Part shown: positions 57,803 through 64,000 of the stretch, piece by piece
How positions within the stretch are numbered: the first letter of the stretch is position 1
Layout: each line of letters starts with the position of its first letter
Source of the DNA: Candidatus Bathyarchaeia archaeon
GTDB lineage: Archaea > Thermoproteota > Bathyarchaeia > 40CM-2-53-6
Direction: 5' to 3'
DNA length: 64,000 nucleotides
NCBI GenBank assembly: GCA_050013255.1
Contig: JBEKFP010000002.1
Span: 608,001 to 672,000, forward strand
Program-made: the position numbers and the translations under genes
The notes under the pieces: model-generated
The model's input: the letters and a program-made list of their open reading frames with translations, nothing else
Database searches by the model: none
Told to the model about the DNA's origin: nothing

Positions 57803-58081
57803 TTGAAGTTAAGCGACGTTTTTCAATCCAAAGCACAGGTCAGGCTACTGGAATATTTCCTAGACAACGCGGGAACACAACGCGTCTTCAACCAGGCACT
57901 CCTAGCAAACCTTCTTGGCCTATCGCCATCAACAATTGCCCGTATTGTCGAGCCCCTAATCAAAGAGAAGATAATACTCTTCGAAAAGTTTGACGAGGGC
58001 ATGAAAATCTTTACGCTTAACGAGGCTGAAGAGAAAACTAGAGCCCTCGTAGAATTCCACAAGAGGCTAAAAGAACTCTAG
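57803..58081 (+). CDS. Small winged-helix DNA-binding protein
   Basis: NQALLANLLGLSPSTIARIVEPL HTH plus wing. Confidence 0.75.
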   Translation: MKLSDVFQSKAQVRLLEYFLDNAGTQRVFNQALLANLLGLSPSTIARIVEPLIKEKIILFEKFDEGMKIFTLNEAEEKTRALVEFHKRLKEL

Positions 58082-58096
58082 GAGAGTTCCTTCGAA

Positions 58097-58243
58097 TTAC
58101 TTATTCTCAGTCTTAGCGACCGAGCGAAATTTGTCCGCCAGGGAATCACAAATCAGTGAACAGACGCGCCATTGCCGTAGGTTATAGTTTATTCTTAGCT
58201 CTTCGAGTGCTTCGACTACTTTGTCTTCTTCTTCTGGCGTCAA
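58097..58243 (-). CDS. Candidate 48-aa small protein not in the ORF track
   Basis: TTG start; MTPEEEDKVVEALEELRINYNLRQWRVCSLICDSLADKFRSVAKTENK*; TATA-like CTTAATAG upstream. Confidence 0.45.
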   Translation of the reverse strand: MTPEEEDKVVEALEELRINYNLRQWRVCSLICDSLADKFRSVAKTENK

Positions 58244-58357
58244 TGTTTTTTTCCCAACTGAAGGTCGGCGAATATTTGGGCGGCCTATTAAGTGTTCCCC
58301 GAATTTCTCAAAGCAAGGATGAAAATTCCAAAAAGTACTCGAATTCCATTTGCGGAA

Positions 58358-58735
58358 CTAAACTTCGCTGAGTAGCTCTCTGTCCATCCATGCGAGGTAG
58401 GGTCGGGACCCGCGGTCGATTTTGAGAGAGACTATCTCAGGCACCTCATAGCTATGTAGCGCGAGAATTCGTCGCCTCAATTTTGAGAAAATCTTTGAGT
58501 CGGTTTTGATTATCAGGAGCCATTCGCGTTCTTTCATGACCTTCCCTTTCCACCTATAGCATGAAATGACGGGGGCAATGTTCACGCATGCGGCTAGTCG
58601 CCTATGAACCAAGTCTCCAGCTATTTCGTGGGCTTCTCGAATGTTTCCGCAGGTCGAGAGAACTATGCTTCGGGGCATCTTGTGTCCCAGAAAGGTTTTA
58701 GTTGAGCACCCTAATTTCACTGCCGAAGATTTCAA
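58358..58735 (-). CDS. cutA: CutA divalent-cation tolerance protein (likely start at MPRSIV)
   Basis: LAACVNI, YRWKG, HSYEVPEI, YLAW. Confidence 0.93.
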   Translation of the reverse strand: MKSSAVKLGCSTKTFLGHKMPRSIVLSTCGNIREAHEIAGDLVHRRLAACVNIAPVISCYRWKGKVMKEREWLLIIKTDSKIFSKLRRRILALHSYEVPEIVSLKIDRGSRPYLAWMDRELLSEV

Positions 58736-59908
58736 ATGGATCCATTTTTCTCTTTCTTAGTAGTCTATCTCGCAATCTGGGTCCTCATATGCATTGCGTG
58801 GTGGGCGTTTAGGGCTGAGAGGTTCGGCGTTTCCGGGCTCCCGTTCTACATAATTTACCGAACGACACGGCTGAACAGGCTGATTGAAAGGATCTCGAAC
58901 TCAAAGCCCGCGGCCTGGAGAACATTTTGGAACATCGGCATCGTAACCGTCATCGGTGCGATGGTATTCATATTCTACCAACTTGCGACCAATCTGCTAA
59001 ACTTGTTCTTCCGAACCCAACAAGCTGTCTCCATCCAGCCCATAATTCCGCTTCCGGGAGTTGGGGTAAGTTTCGAAACCTTCCCATACATCGTTCTAGC
59101 CTTGTCGGTTGTTGTGGTAACACATGAACTCTCCCATGGAATTGCCAGCCTCGCCGACCACGTTCCACTCAAATCCACCGGAGCTTTCTTTGGCCACGTA
59201 TTGATGGGCGGTTTCGTTGAACCGGACGAAGAGAAGCTGACGCATGCAAGGAATTCAACTAAGCTTAGGGTCTTCGCGGCAGGCTCGTTCACAAACGCCG
59301 TGCTCGGAGTGCTCTGTATCTTTTTGCTGTTCAATTTCTCGGCCACAATCGCCCCATTCTACACGGTAACTACAACCGGCGTCGCAATCGGCTCAGTCCC
59401 CTCGAACCTACCCGCACATTCTTCCGGCCTTCAGGCAGGGGATATTGTAACGAGCATAAATGGAACAAAGATCACTGGCATCAACGACCTGCGCCAATAC
59501 ATGGCTGGAGTAATCCCAGGGGACGAAATTGCAGTCGGCACTCCACGCGGAACTTTCACGGTCAAGACGGGAGTGGATCAGACCAACTCAAGTCACGCCA
59601 TAATTGGAATAGGCGGGTTGACGGATAACGTTGTTTACAACCCTAAGGTCCAAGGCTGGTCAAGTGAATTCCCCCCAGTCCTCTTGCACGCCGAGTTCTG
59701 GCTTTCCGTTGTCCTCATCAGCGTCGCATTGATCAACATGCTTCCAATGTACCCGTTTGATGGAGACAAATTCCTCGACACCGCCCTGAACGTACTTGGA
59801 ATTACGAAAACGAAACAGATTCGCGCAGCAGCAAATCTCGCTGCCTACACACTTCTCTTCTTGAATGTGGGTTTGTCGCTTCTCAGGTTTGGTTTCCTGA
59901 GGTACTAA
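58736..59908 (+). CDS. Site-2 protease (M50) with PDZ domain
   Basis: HELSH, GGFVEPD, AAGSFTN, PDZ (GLQAGDIVTSING), NMLPMYPFDG. Confidence 0.93.
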   Translation: MDPFFSFLVVYLAIWVLICIAWWAFRAERFGVSGLPFYIIYRTTRLNRLIERISNSKPAAWRTFWNIGIVTVIGAMVFIFYQLATNLLNLFFRTQQAVSIQPIIPLPGVGVSFETFPYIVLALSVVVVTHELSHGIASLADHVPLKSTGAFFGHVLMGGFVEPDEEKLTHARNSTKLRVFAAGSFTNAVLGVLCIFLLFNFSATIAPFYTVTTTGVAIGSVPSNLPAHSSGLQAGDIVTSINGTKITGINDLRQYMAGVIPGDEIAVGTPRGTFTVKTGVDQTNSSHAIIGIGGLTDNVVYNPKVQGWSSEFPPVLLHAEFWLSVVLISVALINMLPMYPFDGDKFLDTALNVLGITKTKQIRAAANLAAYTLLFLNVGLSLLRFGFLRY

Positions 59909-59912
59909 GGCT

Positions 59913-60836
59913 GTGGATACTGCAACTTGCACCTATTGCTCAGGGAATGCAGTTTACACGAGGGAGTATGAAGGCGTCTCCTTCTGCTCCAAGTGTTTTC
60001 GTCACGCCCTAGAGGAAAAAGTGCGCAAAACTATCACATGCCATCAAATGCTTGACTACGACGACCATGTCGCGGTCGCCGTTTCCGGCGGAAAGGACAG
60101 TTTAACACTGCTCAACGTTCTTGTAAGGTTGGAAGGCCGGTTTCCCAAGAGCCGCCTCACCGCGGTTTGCGTGGACGAAGGCATCGATGGGTATAGGGAT
60201 GAGGCGCTCGAACTTGCTCGCAGGGCCTGCAGCCGGCTGGGCGTCGAACAAGTAGTAGTCTCGTACCGTGAACTTTTTGGCGTTACGACCGATGAGATCG
60301 CTGGGTTGAAGTTAGGGCAAACGCCTTGCGCATATTGTGGCGTATTTCGGCGAAAGGCAATCAACAAGGCTGCAGCCAAGATTGGAGCCACAAAAATCGC
60401 GACAGCACATAACTTGGATGATGAAGTGCAGACAGTACTCCTCAACATGTTGCATGGCGACCCCATGAGGATCGTGCGCTCAGGCCCATTTCTCAAAGAC
60501 TCAAGAGGGAAGTTCCTACCACGCATCAAACCTCTCTCAGACATCCCCGAGAAAGAGATAGTTCTCTACGCCTACCTGAACCGACTGGAATTTCAGAGCA
60601 TCGAATGCCCACATGGACATGAGGCCCTAAGAAACGACATCCGAGCTTTCCTGAACCAGCTGGAGCAAAAGCACCCCGGAAGCAAGTTTACGTTGCAAAG
60701 AGCCGCCGAAAGACTGCGCGATACATTGACCGAGACAACCCAAATCACGGAATTGCGTCAATGCGAAAAATGCGGTGACCCAACCCCACACCAGCTTTGT
60801 GAAGCCTGCGTAATGCTTGAAACTATCACAGCTTGA
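59913..60836 (+). CDS. Ncs6/TtuA tRNA 2-thiolation protein (TIGR00269)
   Basis: SGGKDS PP-loop, CAYCGVFRR, TAHNLDDE, terminal zinc fingers. Confidence 0.93.
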   Translation: MDTATCTYCSGNAVYTREYEGVSFCSKCFRHALEEKVRKTITCHQMLDYDDHVAVAVSGGKDSLTLLNVLVRLEGRFPKSRLTAVCVDEGIDGYRDEALELARRACSRLGVEQVVVSYRELFGVTTDEIAGLKLGQTPCAYCGVFRRKAINKAAAKIGATKIATAHNLDDEVQTVLLNMLHGDPMRIVRSGPFLKDSRGKFLPRIKPLSDIPEKEIVLYAYLNRLEFQSIECPHGHEALRNDIRAFLNQLEQKHPGSKFTLQRAAERLRDTLTETTQITELRQCEKCGDPTPHQLCEACVMLETITA

Positions 60837-60897
60837 AACCGAAGAACACGGCACTATCACTGCCGTCTTTATATGACAACCAAGGTGAGAATCAATC

Positions 60898-61223
60898 GGC
60901 GATGGCAGGAGGATCGGGGAGCCAGCCGTTCCCTGTGACCCGAAATCGGCTATACGCGGGGACCCGTTAACCCGAGGGAGAGTCATCTCCTAACCGTAGT
61001 AGGCCTCCAAGGCCAACGATGAGACTCTGCCCCACCGGGCCAGCGCAGGGGAGAATCCTTCTGAAGGGAAGGATTCATCTCTTCATCGTCGAACCCGATG
61101 AGGCTCGGAAGAGAGCAGTCGTAAGGCGAGCGCCAAGGCGCTGATGGGATAACAGGGTGTAGGAGGTTGTGGAGAAACCGCTTAGGCGTGGAATGCCAAT
61201 TCATCGGGGATGCTGCCATCGCC
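60898..61223 (+). ncRNA. ffs: Archaeal SRP RNA (7S)
   Basis: Helix 1 GGCGATGGCAG/CTGCCATCGCC; Alu-like 5' domain; helix 6 with GAAG tetraloop; helix 8 AGG-CTC-GGAA-GAG-AGCAG. Confidence 0.93.
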
Positions 61224-61417
61224 ATACATAATGAAGAGCTCACCCCAAGATACACGGTAGTCTCTTTATTCGACGCTACCAAAGATTATCTGTACAAAAA
61301 TTCTCATTAAATTCGCGGGAGCTTAGAATCTGCGGCCGAAGCCATTGGGTGAAGTCAACGCTTAATACGGCGGACCGTGTAGCCTACCAAAAATTCAGTG
61401 CAAATCAGGTCTGCCCC

Positions 61418-61996
61418 ATGAGTCGTAAGCCGCCCGAGATCAGGATCTTCGAGAAATGGGGTGTTGATAACATCGAAGTTCTAGACCCGGGCCTCGAGAA
61501 GTATCTCTCTGTGAAACCCATTCTCTTCCCTCACAGCGGGGGAAGACATGAACACAAGCGCTTTCGTAAGTCAGCCCTCAACATCGTGGAACGCCTCGTT
61601 AACAATATGATGCGTCCCGGTAGGGTAGGTGGGAAGAAGACTAAGGCAATAAGCATTGTTCGGAACGCATTTGAGATCATCGGCCTAAAGACGGGAAAGA
61701 ACCCTATCGAAGTTTTGGTAAAGGCCGTCGAGAACACAGCTCCAGCGGAAGATGTCACGCGAATAGCTTACGGTGGAATCGTCTACCCCATCTCAGTCGA
61801 CATAGCCCCACTCAGGAGAATCGACATGTCCTTACGCTTCATGACAAACGGAGCGCGCCAAGCGGCCTATAGCAACCCTAGAACGATTGATGAATGCCTG
61901 GCTGAGGAGATATCGTACGCGGCCCAACGCGACAACAGGAGTTTCGCAGTCAGGAAGCGGGACGAAATGGAACGAGTAGCTTTAGCCTCGCGTTAA
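61418..61996 (+). CDS. rps7: 30S ribosomal protein uS7
   Basis: PHSGGRHEHKRF, IVERLVN, ENTAPAED, ERVALASR; start moved to ATG 61418. Confidence 0.97.
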   Translation: MSRKPPEIRIFEKWGVDNIEVLDPGLEKYLSVKPILFPHSGGRHEHKRFRKSALNIVERLVNNMMRPGRVGGKKTKAISIVRNAFEIIGLKTGKNPIEVLVKAVENTAPAEDVTRIAYGGIVYPISVDIAPLRRIDMSLRFMTNGARQAAYSNPRTIDECLAEEISYAAQRDNRSFAVRKRDEMERVALASR

Positions 61997-62116
61997 GCAA
62001 ATTCCTTGAAATATTTTCCTACGCCGGACACTTTTCGTCTTTCGCAAAGTTCTAACCCTTAAATACGGGTGCCAGTGTTGACTAGCAAATAATCAGACAA
62101 ATTGGAAAGATGAAAT

Positions 62117-63442
62117 ATGTCTGCAGCGAAGAAGCCGCATTTGAACCTGATCATCATTGGCCATGTAGACCATGGAAAGAGCACGATGACAGGCCACCTA
62201 CTCTTCGATACAGGGAACGTGGACGAGAAGACCATTGCCAAGTATGCTGACGAATCGACCAAGCTTGGAGCTGGGGAGACTTTCAAGTTCGCATGGGTCC
62301 TCGACACGCTCAAGGAAGAGAGAGAACGTGGTGTTACGATTGACCTTAGGTTTGAGAAGTTCGAAACCGACAAGGTCTTCTTCACCATCATCGACGCGCC
62401 TGGCCATCGGGACTTCATCAAGAACATGATTACGGGCACGAGCCAAGCCGACGCGGCAATATTGGTAGTATCCTCGAAGAAGGGCGAGTTCGAGGTCGGC
62501 GTTGGCCCTGGAGGCCAAACCCGAGAACACGCATACCTAGCCCGAACGTTAGGCGTCGCCCAACTGGCCGTCGCTATTAACAAGATGGACGACGCGTCAA
62601 CAAACTACGCGGAAGAGAGGTACAATGAGTGCAAGAAGGAAATGGAAGCCCTCTTGAAAGTTGTCGGGTATGATACCTCGAAGATTCAATTCGTTCCCAT
62701 CTCAGGTTGGCTAGGCGATAACCTTGTTAAGAAATCAGCAAAGATGGCCTGGTACAAGGGCCCAACAATGATCGAAGTATTGAACAGCTTCACGGAACCA
62801 GTTAAACCAACCGACAAACCCCTAAGAATCCCCGTTCAGGACGTCTACTCAATTACGGGAATAGGAACTGTCCCCGTGGGCCGAGTCGAAACAGGGACTA
62901 TGAAGGTTGGCGACAGCATCGTCTTCATGCCGGCAAACGCCAGAGGCGAATGCAAGGACATTGAAACCCACCACACAAAGATTCCGCAGGCGCTTCCTGG
63001 AGACAACATAGGCTTCAACGTAAGGGGCATAGGAAAGACCGACATACACAGAGGCGACGTGGCGGGACATACTGACAAGCCACCAACGGTCGCAGCCGAG
63101 TTCATTGGCCGAATCATCGTAGTATTCCACCCAACCGCCATTGCAGCCGGCTACACGCCCGTGCTCCACGCCCACACCGCAACCACCTCAGCCACCCTAA
63201 CAGAACTACTGCAAAAGATAGATGCACGCTCAGGCCAGGTCACGCAGGAAAAACCTGACTTCCTCAAGACTGGCGACGCCGCCCTAGTGAAGATAAAACC
63301 GCTCCGCCCTCTAGCCGTAGAAGCATACTCCGACATTCCGCAACTTGGCCGCTTCGCAATTCGCGACATGGGTAGCACCATCGCGGTTGGCGTAGTTCAA
63401 GAGATCACACAGAAAGCCCAGATACCTGAGAAGAAGACCTAA
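62117..63442 (+). CDS. tuf: Elongation factor 1-alpha
   Basis: [38 protein letters not shown]. Confidence 0.98.
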   Translation: MSAAKKPHLNLIIIGHVDHGKSTMTGHLLFDTGNVDEKTIAKYADESTKLGAGETFKFAWVLDTLKEERERGVTIDLRFEKFETDKVFFTIIDAPGHRDFIKNMITGTSQADAAILVVSSKKGEFEVGVGPGGQTREHAYLARTLGVAQLAVAINKMDDASTNYAEERYNECKKEMEALLKVVGYDTSKIQFVPISGWLGDNLVKKSAKMAWYKGPTMIEVLNSFTEPVKPTDKPLRIPVQDVYSITGIGTVPVGRVETGTMKVGDSIVFMPANARGECKDIETHHTKIPQALPGDNIGFNVRGIGKTDIHRGDVAGHTDKPPTVAAEFIGRIIVVFHPTAIAAGYTPVLHAHTATTSATLTELLQKIDARSGQVTQEKPDFLKTGDAALVKIKPLRPLAVEAYSDIPQLGRFAIRDMGSTIAVGVVQEITQKAQIPEKKT

Positions 63443-63550
63443 CCTTCTCAGACCCGAAATTATTTTTCCAGACATCCTTCGCCTAGCGAACGCTTTTTAT
63501 TGGCCCCACCGGCCTAGGGGCATGTTTCGCACCTAGAAGGAAAGCATACT

Positions 63551-63859
63551 TTGCCAAACAAAGCGAGAATTCGGCTGTCAAGCACTGACCCCCAGGGCTT
63601 GAACAGCATCTGCGGTGAGATCATGAAAATTGCCGACCGCACAGGTGTGAAGCTCCGCGGGCCGATACCCCTCCCGACCAAGAGGCTATGGGTCCCGACA
63701 CGAAAAAGCCCATGCGGGGAAGGAACGCACACATGGGACAGTTGGGAAATGCGTATCCACAAGCGGCTAATCGACGTTGATCCGAACGAACGGTTTCTCA
63801 AGCGTTTGATGCGAATTCAAACCCCTGAAAAAGTCTTCATCGAGATTGAACTTCTCTAA
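63551..63859 (+). CDS. rps10: 30S ribosomal protein uS10
   Basis: [28 protein letters not shown]. Confidence 0.97.
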   Translation: MPNKARIRLSSTDPQGLNSICGEIMKIADRTGVKLRGPIPLPTKRLWVPTRKSPCGEGTHTWDSWEMRIHKRLIDVDPNERFLKRLMRIQTPEKVFIEIELL

Positions 63860-63870
63860 GCTCCCGCGTC

Positions 63871-64000
63871 CTATCTCCGGATTCTATTGATCTTTCTGGC
63901 TAACGTAAAATCCTTCATCGTTAAGCCGCCGGAATCATGTGTCGTTAGCACAAGCTTGACCTTATTGTATTGAACTAATATGTCCGGATGATGGTTCATG
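63871..64000 (-). CDS. Pterin-4-alpha-carbinolamine dehydratase, C-terminal part (begins outside window)
   Basis: Hand translation NHHPDILVQYNKVKLVLTTHDSGGLTMKDFTLARKI. Confidence 0.9.
   Translation of the reverse strand, partial: MNHHPDILVQYNKVKLVLTTHDSGGLTMKDFTLARKINRIRR

Noticed and set aside
60983-61282. 99-aa minus-strand ORF
   Set aside because: Antisense to SRP RNA, with no protein features.
1-64000. CRISPR array, transposase, integrase or intact provirus
   Set aside because: No regularly spaced repeats or recognisable mobility genes were seen by eye; only the LAGLIDADG fragment hints at a mobile remnant.

Overview
Archaeal chromosome segment, most likely from a TACK lineage such as Bathyarchaeia. 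This is an inference from the single-OB SSB, DUF1512, stand-alone 5S rRNA, uS7-EF1A-uS10 without EF-2, a PEF-CTERM protein and bacterial-type MetK. Most of the window is core information-processing genes: a rearranged S10-type ribosomal cluster, ValRS/TrpRS/PheRS/TyrRS, aRF1, EF-1A, DnaG, PolB, Ncs6, 5S rRNA and SRP RNA. There are two accessory blocks: a peptide uptake and degradation island (OppABCDF, amidohydrolase, PepA, two pseudogenes) and one tightly packed respiratory operon joining a cytochrome-c-less Rieske/split cytochrome b complex to a di-heme succinate:quinone oxidoreductase. The most striking signal is not in the ORF track: a 229-nt tRNA-Trp(CCA) gene that yields a normal 77-nt cloverleaf only after removing five BHB-type introns, one carrying a degenerate C/D guide. 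Other notable items are a two-intron tRNA-Ser next to archease, an unassigned ~142-nt structured element between pheT and tyrS, a PolB with dead proofreading motifs, an apparent CTG start for uS11 and a LAGLIDADG chimera. No CRISPR array, transposase or integrase was recognised. All calls are by eye, without database searches.
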